Shown piece by piece: positions 11,521-23,895 of a stretch of DNA of 64,000 nucleotides. The stretch is from Camelus ferus (lineage: Eukaryota). The position numbers were made by a program, and so were the translations under genes. Location: assembly GCF_009834535.1 (NCBI RefSeq), contig NC_045697.1, forward strand, positions 116,624,001 through 116,688,000, read 5' to 3'. Below the pieces are notes generated by a model. The model was given only the letters and a program-made list of their open reading frames with translations. It searched no databases and was not told the DNA's origin. How positions within the stretch are numbered: the first letter of the stretch is position 1; every line of letters begins with the position of its first letter.

Positions 11521-14500
11521 CCTCTTTACCCTTTCTTGTTTACTGAAGTATAGCTGATTTACAATGAATGTTAGCGTCTGGTGTACAGTATGGTGATGCA
11601 ATTATATATATTTCCCTTTTCATATTCTTTTCCATTACTGTTTATTACAGGATATTGAATATATTCCCTGTGCTGTACAATAGAACCTTATTGTTTATCT
11701 GTTTTATATACAGTAGTTAGTATCTGCTAATCCCAAGCTCCTAATTTATCTCTCCTCCATCCCCTTTCCCCTTCCAGTAACCATGTTTGTTTTCTATGTC
11801 TGAGTCTGTTTCTGTTCTCTAAATAAGTTCATTTGTGTCTTTTTTTAAGATTCCATATAGAAGTGATGTCATATGGTATTTGTTTTTCTCTGTCTGACTT
11901 ATTTCACTTAGAATGATGATCTCCAGCTCCATCTATGCTGCTGCACATAGCCTTATTTCATTCATTTTTATGGCAGAGTAGTATTCCATTGTACATATAT
12001 ACCACAACTTCTTTATCCAGTCATCTGTTGATGGACATTTAGGTTTCCATGTCTTGGCTATTGTCAGTAGTGCTGCTGTGAACATTGAGGTGCGTGTGTC
12101 TTTTCCAATTAAAGTTCCCTTTGGATATATGCCCAGGAGTGGGCTTGCCGGATTATATGGCAACTCTACTTTTAGTTTTTAGAGGAACATCCATACTGTC
12201 CTCCATAGTCGTTGTACCAATTTACACTCCCACCAACAGTGTAGAAGTTTTCCTTTTCTCCACACCCTCTCCAGCATCTATTATTTGTGGACATTTTAAT
12301 GATGGCTGTTCTGACCAGTGTGAGGTGGTAACTTCATCATAGTTTTGATTTGTATTTCTCTAATATTTACCAATGCTGAGCATCATTCTAAGTGAAGTAA
12401 GTCAGACAGAGAAAGACAAATACCATATGACATATTGGCCATCTGTGTGTCTTCTTTGGAGAAATATTTATTTAGATCTTCTGCCAATTTTTTGATTGGG
12501 TGGTTTGTTTTGATACTGAGTTGTAGGAGCTATTGGTATATTTTGGAAATTAAGCCTTTGTCAGTTGCATCGTTTGCAAATATTTTTCCCAATCAGTAGG
12601 TTGTCGTTTCATTTTGTTAATGGTTTCCTTTGTTGTGCAAAAACTGATTAGTTTGAATAGGTCCCATTTGTTTATTTTTGCTTTTATTTCTATTGCCTTG
12701 GGAGACTGACCTAAGAAAATATTAGTATGATTTATGTCAAAGAATATTTTGCTTATGTTTTCTTCTAGGAGTTTATGGTCATATCTTATATTTAAGTCTT
12801 TAAGCCATTTTGAGTTTATTTTTGTGTGTGGTGTGAGGGACTGTTCTAATGTCACTGATGTACATGCTGCTGTCCAGCTTTCCTAACAACACTTGCCAAA
12901 GAGACTATCTTTTCTCCATTATATACTCATGCCTCCTTTGTTGAAGATTAATTGGCTGTACGTGTGTAGGTTTATTTCTGGGTTCTTTATTCTGTTCCAT
13001 CCATCCGTATGTCTGATTTTCTGCCAATACCATGCTGTTCTGATTACTGTAGCTCTGTAGTATTGTCTGAAGTCTGGGAGGGTTATTCCGCCAGCTTTGT
13101 TCTTTTTCCTCAGGATTGCTTTGGCAATTCTGGGTCTTTTTATGGTTCCATATAAATTTTAGTATGATTTGTTCTAGTTCTGTGAAAAATGTCCTGGGTA
13201 ATTTGATTGAGATCCTACTAAATCTGTAGATTGCTTTGTATAGTATGGACATTTTAACAATATTAATTCTTCCAGTCTAAGAGCATGGGATATCTTTCTG
13301 TTCTTTTTTTTTTTTAACTCATCTTCCATTTCCTTTATTAGTGTTTTATAGTTTTCAGCGTGTAAGTCATTCACTTCCTTGGTCAGGTTTATTCCTAAAT
13401 ATTTTATTTTTTGATGTGATTTTAAAGGGGATTTTTTTTTCACTTTCCCTTTCTGATATTTCATTGTTAGTGTAAAGAAATGCAACAGATTTCTGTATGT
13501 TAATCTTGTATCCTGCTGCTTTGCTGAATCTGTGTATCAGTTCTGGTAGTTTTTGTGTGGAGTCTTTGGAGTTTTCTATATATTTCTTTTTCTTGTCTGA
13601 GTGCTGTGACTAGGACTTCAAATACTGTGTTGAATAGAAGTGGTGAAAGTGGGCATCCTTGTCTTGTTCCAGATTTTAGCAGGAAGGTTTTCAGCTTTCC
13701 ACCATTAAATATGATGTTGGCTGTGAGTTTGTCATAAAAGATTTTTATTGTGTTGAGATATGTGCCCTCTATACCCACATTGGTAAGAGTTTTTTAAATC
13801 ATACATGGATGCTGAATTTTATCAAATACTTTTTCTGCATCTATTGAGATGATCATGTGGTTTTTGTCCTTTTTTTGTTGATGTGTATCACATTGATTGA
13901 TTTGCATATGTTGAACCATCCTTGTGACTCTGGGGTGAATCCAATTTGATCGTGGTGTATCATCTTTTTTTAAAACTTTTTAATTTGTCTATTTTTATTG
14001 AAGTATGATCTTTTTTATGTGTTGTTAGATTCAGTTCACTAATATTTTGTTGAGAATTTTGCATCTATATTCATCAAAGATACTGGTCTGTAATTTTCTT
14101 TTTTGGTGGTGTCTTTGTCTGGCTTTGGCATCAGGGTGGTAGTGGCTTCATAGAATGAGTTTGGGAGTGTTCCCTCCTCTTCAGTCTTTTGAAAGAGTTT
14201 GAGAAGAATCAGTGTAAGCTTTTCTTTGTATGTTTGGTAGAATTCCATAGTGAAGCCATCTGGTCCTGGACTTTTATTTGCAGGGAATTTTTTTAAATTA
14301 CAGATTCTATTTCACTTCTAGTGATCACTGTGTTCAAATTATCTATTTCTTTTTGATTCAGTTTGGTAGGCTGCATGTTTCTGGAAAACTTGTCCATTTC
14401 TTCTGGGTTGTCCAGTTTGTTGTCATGTAGTTGTTCATTGTATGCTCTTATGTCCTTCTTTGCCTTTCTTTACGAATTTTGTTTTAAAGTCTACTTTGTC

Positions 14501-15454
14501 TGATATGAGTATTGCTACACTTGGTTTCTTTCCATTTCCATTTTCATGAAATATCTTTTTCTATCCTCTCACTTTCAATCTATATGTGTCCTTCACTCTA
14601 AAGAGGGTCTCTTGTAGGCAGCATATTGAAGGCTCTTGTTTTTATTATACAATCTGCCACTCTGTGTCTTTGATTGGAGCATTAGTCCATTGATGTTTAT
14701 GGTAATTATTGATATATATGTTTGGATTGCCATTTTAAACCTTGTTTTCTGGTTGATTTTGTGTTTCTCCTTTGTTCCTTTCTTTTCCTTTTTGTTTTTC
14801 CTTTTGTGGTTTGATAGTTTTCTTTTGTATTATGCTTGTGTTCTCTCTCTCTTTTTTTTTTTTTGTGAACCTATTATATGTTTTTGATTTGTGGTTACCC
14901 TGTTTTTCAAGTATGTGAACCCATTACTATTCCTGCTTGCTTTAGACTGGTAGTCATATAGGCTCAAACATATTCTATATTCCCCACATTTTGATGTCCT
15001 CTCTTATATCTTCATATTTACCTTTTTGATGTCCATTATAGTTATCATTGCTTTCACAACATTTTTTTTGGTTTTTAAAAATCTGTGTGCTGGCTTATTT
15101 AAGTGATTTACTTTCCAATTGTGATTTTTCTCTTTCCTATAGATTCTTGCTTCTTTTCTATTTAGAGAAAATCTTTCAATATTTCTTTTAGGATAGGCTT
15201 GGTATTGCTGAACTGTTTCAGTTTCTGCTTGTCTGAGAAATTCTTTCTCTCTCCTTCTATTCTAAATAATAATCTTGCTGGGTGAAGTGTCCTAGGTTAC
15301 AGGGTTTCCCCTTCCAGGACTTTGAATGTATCTTGCTGCTCCCTTCTGGCCTGTAATGTTTCTGTAGAGAAATCAGCTGAGATCCTTATGGGAGGGTCCC
15401 TTGTAATTAACTCTATTTTTCTCTGGCTACCTTTGGAATCTTCTTAACTTTTAG
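11521..15454 (-). mobile_element. Degenerate L1, ~3.9 kb, with 3'UTR, ORF2 (internally deleted) and ORF1 C-terminal remnant
   Basis: Several minus-strand ORF2 fragments ([61 protein letters not shown]), with frameshifts and stops. 3'UTR at the left end. Confidence 0.95.
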
Positions 15455-15615
15455 TTAGTGTCCATCTGAATGACACGAGGAGCTCACAGAAACACTGCGG
15501 AGTCACTGGCTGCATTTCTGATTCAGAAGGGATGGGGCCTGAGAACCTGCATTTCTGACAACTTCCTGGGTGCTGCTGACGGGTTTGGTCCTGAACTACA
15601 TTTGGAGATCTGCTA
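15455..15615 (-). mobile_element. MER5A-like element, right part
   Basis: tttctgattcagaaggg..ggggcctgagaacctgcatttctgacaacttcctgggtgctgctga matches the MER5A reverse strand. Confidence 0.7.
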
Positions 15616-16229
15616 GTCTAGTGAATTTCAAGAGAGTTATGTGATTCCAGCATATGAAGACCAGGGACAGTTTACATAATATTTGTTACAAAGATATGTC
15701 TTCATAAGAGTGGGTTATGATTTTCCTCATATTTCCAAAATTGGACATGGGACTTTTTTAACTGTTGACAATGGCAAATAAGAAAATTTTTAAATGATCA
15801 TACTCTTTTTTGTCTAATAAAATTTTGAACATTAATTGCTTTTCAAATACCATGTGTATTTTTAATAATTAGTATTAGTTAATTAAACAAAGTGTTGTTT
15901 ATTTGCCCATATGTAAGGTATTTATATACACCTGTAGCTAGAAATTGTTATTCAATCCATGCTCTGAATATTTATTTTTCATAAAAGTTAGTGGTCCACA
16001 CCATTCCCTGCTCATGTCAGAGACCCTGAAGATGACATACAAACAGGACCTTGGGGATAGATTGCTTACACTACCTTGTCTCCGCTTGCTTCATACTTCC
16101 CTTAATACCTACAAACTAGGACTTCCCTGGTTTGGAGTCCAATAAAATATAAACAGTTCCTGGCATAGAACTGGAAGCTGTGAATTCCAGAGTAACTTCC
16201 AAGTATATAGTCAATAATCTGATCTGCAC

Positions 16230-16420
16230 AGGTTTATTGCATGCCTGGTATATGACAAGTATTTCTGTGCAAGTAATTTATTTAATCCTCATAATGAATG
16301 TATTATTCCAATTTCACCAGTAAGGAATGGGATTTAACCCTAAGAAATGATTCACTCAAGTCACAACAGACAGAAAGAGGCACTTCGAAGATCTGAGCCT
16401 GAACCTTCTGATGCCTGGTT
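16230..16420. mobile_element. MIR remnant
   Basis: tttaatcctcataat...tattattccaatttcaccagtaaggaa...caagtcacaacag. Confidence 0.5.
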
Positions 16421-17783
16421 AAGGAATCTTCCTACAACTTTGTTTCTATTTTAAAAAGAAATCAAAGAAGGTAAAGAAAAGTTATTATTGGTGCAATTAT
16501 TTTTTTAAACTACTCACAACATACTGATTTTACATGAGTGAATTTGGAGTGCTAATTGGGAGAAATTGATTCCAACTCAGGATGAAAGTGTTTGTTTGTT
16601 TTCTTTTTTTAGATTTCTGTTTTAGCCAATGACAGGAATAAGGAAGCTTTTTGCCTTTTAAACGCTCTAAACCTTTTGCAAAGCTGATAAGATACGGACA
16701 CTTTTCTCATTGAAAAGGCACATCTACACAAATACACAACATTTTCTAGTTTTCAAGGGATTTACAGAGCCCCCTGAAGAGTTCCTTGATTCTCAAAGAG
16801 GCCCCTGACCCTAAGGTAAAGACCACCTTTCTGGGCTGCTGAGCCCAAGTGTGGGGAGGGACGGTGGGAATCTTTTGACATCTAAGTAAGATTGAAAAGC
16901 AACTTCTTGGATTTTTTTTTCCTTTGGAAGTAAAGGTGTTAAAATCTTTGTAACAACTAGCCTACCAACTTAATGAAGTGAGCTAAATAGTAATTAAGAT
17001 CTCATTTATAAATATTGTGGTGGGCTTGGTTTGAAAGAGGAAAGGACAGAAGACTAGATAAGCATGAAACAGAAGGCGGAGTTGAGAGACATTAAAAGAA
17101 GGGACTGGGGATGGTTGGAGAGGAGGAACAGAAGTGGGAGGCAGGTGGAAACGAGACGGAGAGGCAGGGAGGGGCCGGCCTGAGACCTGCAGAGAGGGGA
17201 CACCCTGGAGCAAGAGGAAGGCAAAGAGGTGGGAAGTAAGAAACAATTATGGAGCGATTCTCCTCCACCCTGATTTTTGTTCCCATTAGGGACGGTTTCC
17301 ACAGGCATGATGCCCATGACTGTCATCAGAATTCAATTCTAAGTATAAAGAAATAGACCCTGACATTTTCCCTAGAGTTACATTCTCTCTATTAAAATTC
17401 ACCAGGATGCAGAGTAATGAATGTGCTTAACAGCCAAATATAGAAATCTACATAATTGATCTCCCCCCAAATAAACCGTTTAGGAGATGTGGGAAAGCTT
17501 ACCCACCTCCTGAATAACTACCCCAGAACCAAGAGGACACACAGACACACACGCACACAGACACACACCCCTACATACACACAACAGTACAAAATCAAGA
17601 CTGTAGAAAAGTATTTCTTCAATTATCAGCTGCTGTTTCAAGACAATAAGTAGACAGATGAATCATGGTTGCTCCTGGAAATATTTAAATTGCTTAACAG
17701 ACAGAACTTCCTAAGGTCATGCGGCTGGGAAGCCTGAGTGTCTGGGAGTTAGTGTTTGTGGGAAGAGCAAATATAGAACCAAC

Positions 17784-18139
17784 TGTGGCAGAATTAGCAA
17801 GAGTGGCTGCAGTCTGGACTCCCTCTGCCTGAGCTCCTTGCAGTTGACATGGAGGTCCTCTCAGCAGGAGAAGGGGGTGTTTCCCCTGCTGGGACAGGGC
17901 TGGCCTGGTGACTTGCTTTGGGAGGGATGTGGTGGCAGTACCAGTGTCCCCAGCTGTTCCAGCCCAGGTCCCAGGCAGGATGCCAAAGCTGACCCTCAGA
18001 TCACCACCGAGACACTGAGAAAGCCCAGCAGAGGCCAGCAGACTGTGCAGCTGATCTCAGCTGAGCCCAGCCCTGGTGGCCAACCCCCGGAATCCGAGCT
18101 AAGCCACTGAACCTGGAACCCAGCCGCAGGTGACTGACA
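17784..18139 (+). mobile_element. MLT1-type (ERVL-MaLR) LTR
   Basis: Starts tgtggcaga, contains gggctggcctggtgacttgctttgg and cagctgagcccagccc, ends tgactgaca. Confidence 0.7.
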
Positions 18140-18686
18140 GACCAGCTCGCATTTACAGAGAGGGCGATTATCTGTTGGGTGCTTGGCTCAGCATCTTAGA
18201 CACAACATCTCAGCGAGTCCTCTGACCAGCTCAGGGATGCAGGCACTCTTAATTATCTCCATCTCATGGAAGACTCCCCAAAACTGATGCCCTGGTCTCT
18301 GGAGCCTGATGGCGAAACTCTAATGTGTGTGGCCTCCATCGGAATTTGCTGCTTAGTGGATCCCAAGAAACTGGGACAGCTGGAAGGATTAGGACATTCT
18401 GGAGGGTTCCTCTTGTTACTTGGTCTCTTTAAACTTAGCAGGAAGGCAAGACTTCCCAAACCCTCTTCCCCAAGAAGCTACTTTTGGGGCTGAGTATGCT
18501 GTCCTCCCGGGTTCCACTTCCCACTTCCTGTTTCCTGCCACCATTGCAGTTGGTGGGGAGCGCGTGTCTCTCTCCAAAAGTGCTGGCAGCTTGAGGGGGA
18601 GGTGGTTGGCAGTGGGCAGGACACTTGCATCTTAGTTTTTTGAAAATAAAAACTGTGTAGTATTCAATTATTTTAACAAGATGGGA

Positions 18687-18719
<33 letters not shown>

Positions 18720-19496
18720 AAAGAAGAAAACACATATGCATGGCCACCCAAATCAAGGGCCAGTGTAGCTTACTCCTGAGTTACCGCCACCCCCAGAGTC
18801 TGTGCTCCAGACCGAGAAGTGTAATTCCTTCAAGGCAGTGTCTTAAAAAGTCTGTGACTCTTGAGGGAGTGATGACAGCGAGGTGTCTCCAGGGCATCAG
18901 CTATTTATGCAGCCCTTAGAACTGTTGTTCATCTGTGTCCTCCAAAAATAGTACTTTATTTCCCCATGAGTATGAAATCTCCTTATTTTACATTTATTAG
19001 CCAAAGCCCATTTTTTTCCTCCAGTGAGTCAGATCCAGCCAATTCAAGTTCTTTTATACATGTGGGTCTTTTGAGGCTTCAGAAATTTGAACAAAATCCC
19101 CACTGAAAGCCAAGTTTTCCCAGATATTTTCATTGGCCAGACGCCCCGCTTGTTGGCTTAATAAGGTCATGAATAGGGCTGTTGGTTAAATGACAGGCCA
19201 GCTGGGCTTCCTGTTTCTTGTCCTTGTTAGGAGGTCTCATCTCTCCTTCACGGCTGTAGTGAGCAGGAGGCAGGAAAGCAACAGTGGTTGACACCTGAGT
19301 GGCACCTGCTGCTCGCCGGTGCGCTTCTAATTCTTTATGTCTTCCCAAGTCTCTTGTTGTGCCAGCTTCAAACCAGGCAGCCTGGCCCGGGAGCCCGCAT
19401 TCTGCTTTAAACCATTCTGCGGGTTGAAAACATAACTATGTCCCAAAGCCACCCCTTCCCTGAAATATTGCCTGTGATACTAATACACAAAAGAAT

Positions 19497-19498
<2 letters not shown>

Positions 19499-19535
<37 letters not shown>
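19499..19535. repeat. (AT)n microsatellite
   Basis: About 18 perfect AT units. Confidence 0.95.
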
Positions 19536-19540
<5 letters not shown>

Positions 19541-20036
19541 TTTATCGGAGTATAATTGGTTTACAGTGTTGTGTTAGTTTCTGGTGTACAACATAGTGAT
19601 TTGGTTATACATATATATTCTCTTACAGATTCTTTTCCATTGTAGGTTATTACAAGGTACTAAATATAGTTTCCTGTGCTATAAAGTAGGACCCGGTTTG
19701 TTTATTTTATGTATGGTAGTGGGTATCTGCTAATCCCAAACCCCTAATTTGTTCCTCCCTACCTTTTCCCCTTTGGTAACTATGAGTTTGTTTTCTATGT
19801 CTGTAAGTCTGTTTATGTTTTGTAAATAAGTTCATTTGTATCATTTGTTTAGATTCCACATATGTGATATCACATGGTATTTGTTTTTCTTTGCCTGTTC
19901 ACTAAGTATAATATTCAAGGTCCACCCACGTTACTGCAGATGGCATTATTTCATTCTTTTTATGGCTGAGTAATATTCCATTGTGTGTGTGTATGTGTGT
20001 GTGTGTGTGTGTGTGTATACCACATCTTTTTAAAAT
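19502..20036 (-). mobile_element. 5'-truncated L1 (sense to RXFP1) with (AT)n tail and internal (TG)n
   Basis: L1 3'UTR with 11-bp TSD aagaatggata at 19491-19501 and 20037-20047. Confidence 0.9.
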
Positions 20037-20169
20037 AAGAATGGATAATGAAATAAATGTAAGATTTCTTAAAGTGCCCTACATTTTGTATTTCAACTTC
20101 ATTTTCTCTTTTACATTTCTCTTTGTTCTGAGCTGTCTCAGGGACTTAACCTTAATCCTCCCACCCCTG

Positions 20170-20950
20170 GTCCTGCCGTGACTCAACCCCCGTCCTTCTG
20201 CCCCCGGTCCTGCTGTGACGTTAGCCTGGTCCCCTTGCCCCTGGTCCCCCTGTGATGTGCCCCTGGCCCCCTGGTTCCCTGGGCCCGCGGTGACCAAGGC
20301 GCCGCACTCACCGCAGTTGTCCTCGTCCGCCCGGTTCCCGCAGTCGTCCACGCCGTTGCAGTGCAGAAGCTGAGGCAAGCACTTGGTGGTGTTCCCGCAG
20401 GGGAAGTAGCCCAGGGCGCACGGGGCATCCTGCCCACTTGTGGGAGTGACTGTGACGAGGGAAGGGGAGAGTGTCACACAAGGCACTGCTGAGACTGCTT
20501 CCCCCTCCTCTGCAACTCCGGTCCACCCGTCCCTGCGGGTGCCGCCCTCCCTACCGCAGCCCCAGCTGCTCCCTCGCCCGACGCCCCCAACTCTCCAAGA
20601 CCCGCCACCCCCAGTGGGTGTTCTTTTCCGTGTCCCCGGAAGATGCCAGGAGTCTCTTTCCTCTGCCTCTTGTCAGGTTTCCCGCCAGGACTGTCCCCGC
20701 CATCCGTCTCCTACGAAATTCCTGCCCATACTTTACAGTTGAGCTCAATTCCCCTCTTCTCCAAAAATCTTTTAGCCAGTCATTTAAAAACTCAGGACTT
20801 TTTTGCATCCTGACTGTTGGCTCAGAATCAAGGCTCGTCTGGTTCTGGAGGAGGAGGAAGAGGAAGGATGCCAGGACGGCACCCTGCTCACTCACACATC
20901 GGTCGGCTCCTCAGGATGAGGTTCTGTGCCAGACTTTGTGCGCAGAGCGC
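20170..20950. other. CpG/GC-rich island spanning exon 2
   Basis: 11 CpG in the 138-nt exon, with GC-rich flanks and an abrupt change to AT-rich sequence on both sides. Confidence 0.7.
20312..20449 (-). CDS. RXFP1: RXFP1 coding exon 2 (LDL receptor class A module)
   Basis: Acceptor tctccccttccctcgtcacag| and donor |gtgagt, 138 nt, phase 1-1. Encodes (F)[45 protein letters not shown](G): six LDLa cysteines, acidic Ca2+-binding DxxxxxDE motif and an N-x-T sequon, as in RXFP1. Confidence 0.97.
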
Positions 20951-20967
20951 TGAATGAAACAGAGTTC

Positions 20968-21195
20968 CTGTCCTTTTCACACTGTCTTATTTCTCTTAGT
21001 GACAAGCATTAAGGTTCCTCCATGTCTTTTCATGGCTTAGTAACTCATTTCTTTTCACTGCTGAATAATATTCCATTGTCTGAATGTACTAGCATTTATC
21101 TATCCATTCACCTAAGGACATCTTGATTGTGTCCAAATTTTGGCAGTTTTGAATAAAGCTCCCAGTAACATCTATGTACAGGTTTTTGTACAGAC
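20968..21195 (-). mobile_element. Old L1 (L1MC-like) fragment
   Basis: gctgaataatattccattgtctgaatgtac...ggacatcttgattgtgtccaaattttggcagttttgaataaagct. Confidence 0.7.
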
Positions 21196-22114
21196 CGATA
21201 TAAATTAGCTATGCCATTTTAAAACCTGAGATTTATATAATTTCAAAGATAGATGGTAGAATCCAAGATAATCCTATTGCTTAGTATCCTTACCAAGTTT
21301 ATAAATCTTTGGGACTTTCAAAAATAATAGTCAATTTTAAAGAAATAAAAACAGAATAGTTTGAATAGTCAATAATGCTTATTGTGTAAAAACATATTTG
21401 TGGTCTATCATCGAAACATAAGAAGAATAAAAGTGACTATTTCCTTTGGAAGATACAGTGGGACCTTCTAATAACAGGGAAGTGACATTTCTCATAAGGG
21501 AGCAATCCACCTAGGTCAGGTTTTTACTGTGCTTGTTTCATAGCACATAATTTGATGAAGGAAATAGTCAAATCTATGTACTAAGAAGCTTCTTGTAAAT
21601 AGTGTTCTCACTTGTGAAATTATTTAAAAATTATCAATCTTTTCTCAACACATTGATTAAAGCAAAGTCAAAACAAAGGATTTGTATGCCCCAGGATGTC
21701 ATTAGTAGAACATCACACATTTCAGAGACCTGAAGTGTGTATCTAAATAAACTGATCTGTGTTGAGACTGACTTTTTTATTTTTATTGATTATTTTAAGA
21801 GCAAACTTTAAAAACCAAGGGTTTCAGAAAAATTCTTTGGTGAATTGTCAGCCTTCAGCCACAGTGCCTGTCTGAAGATATTTTAACTAGACATACCTGC
21901 CTGTGTTTTCATGCTGCTGTTCTGAAAATTCTTCTCTGAGTAACTTACTCTTAGGGATATTTTGATTTTATGTACTGTCTTTAAAATTTCTATTTAGAGG
22001 CAGATATAGTTCGTTAATGATTGTATCATGAAATTAAGTCCTATATTTTCATAACATTATGATTCAACAAATATTTTTGAAATCTTAAATAGTAAGTGAT
22101 ATCTTTCAAATAAG

Positions 22115-22580
22115 TTTTTTTTTTATTTCGAGATGATCTCAAACTTAAAGTTGCAAATATAGTATAAAGAACATTTTCCCCCCATTCTTGAACCATTTGA
22201 GATTAAGTTCCTGACCAGATACCCCTAAAAACTTTGGCATGTGTTTCCTGTTAGAAAGAACATTCTCCTACGAGACGGACATTCCCCACATTAGAACTAT
22301 CAAGATCAGAAAATTGACATTGATATCTTGCTGCCTTTTAAAGCTCAGAACCCATTCAAGTTTCACATATCGCCCCCAAAACATCCTTCATAGTAAAGGA
22401 TTCAGTTTACAATCACTCCTTGCATTTCCTTGTCACAGTTCTTTAGTTTCCTTTGAACTGAAGTCATTCCTCAGTCTTTCCTCATCTTTCATGACCTTGG
22501 CACTTCCGAAAATTGCAGGTGAATTACTGTGAATGCTCCTGAATTTTGGTTTATTTCATCATAAGCAGATTTAGGTTATG
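22115..22580 (-). mobile_element. Old L1 (L1MC4/5-like) 3' end
   Basis: T-run followed by gatgatctcaaacttaaagttgcaaatatagtataaagaac...tatcaagatcagaaaattgacattgata. Confidence 0.65.
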
Positions 22581-23030
22581 CAATGGGAGTGTTTTTTTTA
22601 AACTAGGACCATTTATAACTCCTATATGTGTACAGAAATGTTTGCCTAAGTTCTGTTGAAGCTAATATTGCTACAGCTGTAATCCTATGCTTACAAACAC
22701 TAGTTCAAAATTATTGTGTTCATCAGCTTCGCCTCATTATTTTTATTGATTGGTTATAATAAATACATTTTATAAATATGTTCAGAAGTTTGAAAGCCAT
22801 CGATCACTTAGCTTGTTTCTTCAGTTACATGCCTTGGCTTTTCTGTCCCCCAAACTCATTATTCTATGTATGACAAGCAGTTGCCTGTTATAGAATTCAC
22901 ATAAATTCAAGGTTTCTCAAACTTTAAAAGTGTATCCCTGGTTTTGATGATCAAATATATTTTATAAATGTGTTTCTGGAGATTCTGATATATTTCTCAA
23001 AGAGGTAAACATATACCTTGCAAAAGATTA

Positions 23031-23895
23031 TCTTTTTTAAAAAATATAATTAATTTATAATATATTAATTTCAGATGTACAACATGGTGTTTCAAAATAT
23101 TTATGGGTCATACTCCATTTAAAGTTATAAAATATTGACTGTATTCCTTATGCTATACAATACATTCTTGTAGCTTATTTATTTTATGCATAGTACTTTG
23201 TACCTCTTAACCCCCTACCCCATCTCATCCCTCACTCCTTCTGTCTCCTCACTGAAAACCACTAGTTTGTTCTCTATGTCTGTGAATTCCTTTTTGTTCT
23301 GTTATATTCGTTCATTTCACTTTTTAAATTCCACATGTAAGTGATAACATACAGTATTTGTCCTTCTCTGTCTGACTTTTTTCACCAGGCATACTATCCT
23401 CTAGGTCCATCCACATTGCTGCAAATGGCAATATTTCATTATATTTTATGGCTGAGTAGTATTCCATTGTATATATGTACCACCTCTTCTTTATCCAGTC
23501 ATCTGGTGGGGGACACTTAGGTTGCCTCCATGTCTTGGCTATTGTAAATAGTGCTGCTATGAACGTTGGGGTGCATGTATCTTTTCCAATTAGTGTTTTC
23601 ATTTTCTTCAGATATATACCTAGGAGAGGAATATATGGCTCATAGGGTAGTTCTATTTTTAGTTTTTTGAGGAACCTCCATACTGTTTTGCACAGTAGCT
23701 GCATCAAATTACATGCCCACCAACAGTGTAGGAGGGCTCCCTTTTCTCCACATCATCACCAGCATTTGTTATTTGTATTCTTTTTGATGACAGCCATTCT
23801 GACAGATATGAGTTGATACCTCATTGTGGTTTTGATTTGCATTTCTCTGATGATTAGTGATGTTGAACATCTTTTCATGTGCCTGCTGGCCATCT
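23031..23895 (-). mobile_element. 5'-truncated L1 (ORF2 C-terminus and 3'UTR)
   Basis: ORF 23324-23707 is L1 ORF2 C-terminus ([16 protein letters not shown]...[22 protein letters not shown]). Confidence 0.92.

Noticed and set aside
20450..20486. N-terminal part of ORF 20079-20486 as an alternative start
   Set aside because: It begins at a non-ATG codon and covers the polypyrimidine tract and acceptor. The true start is in exon 1.
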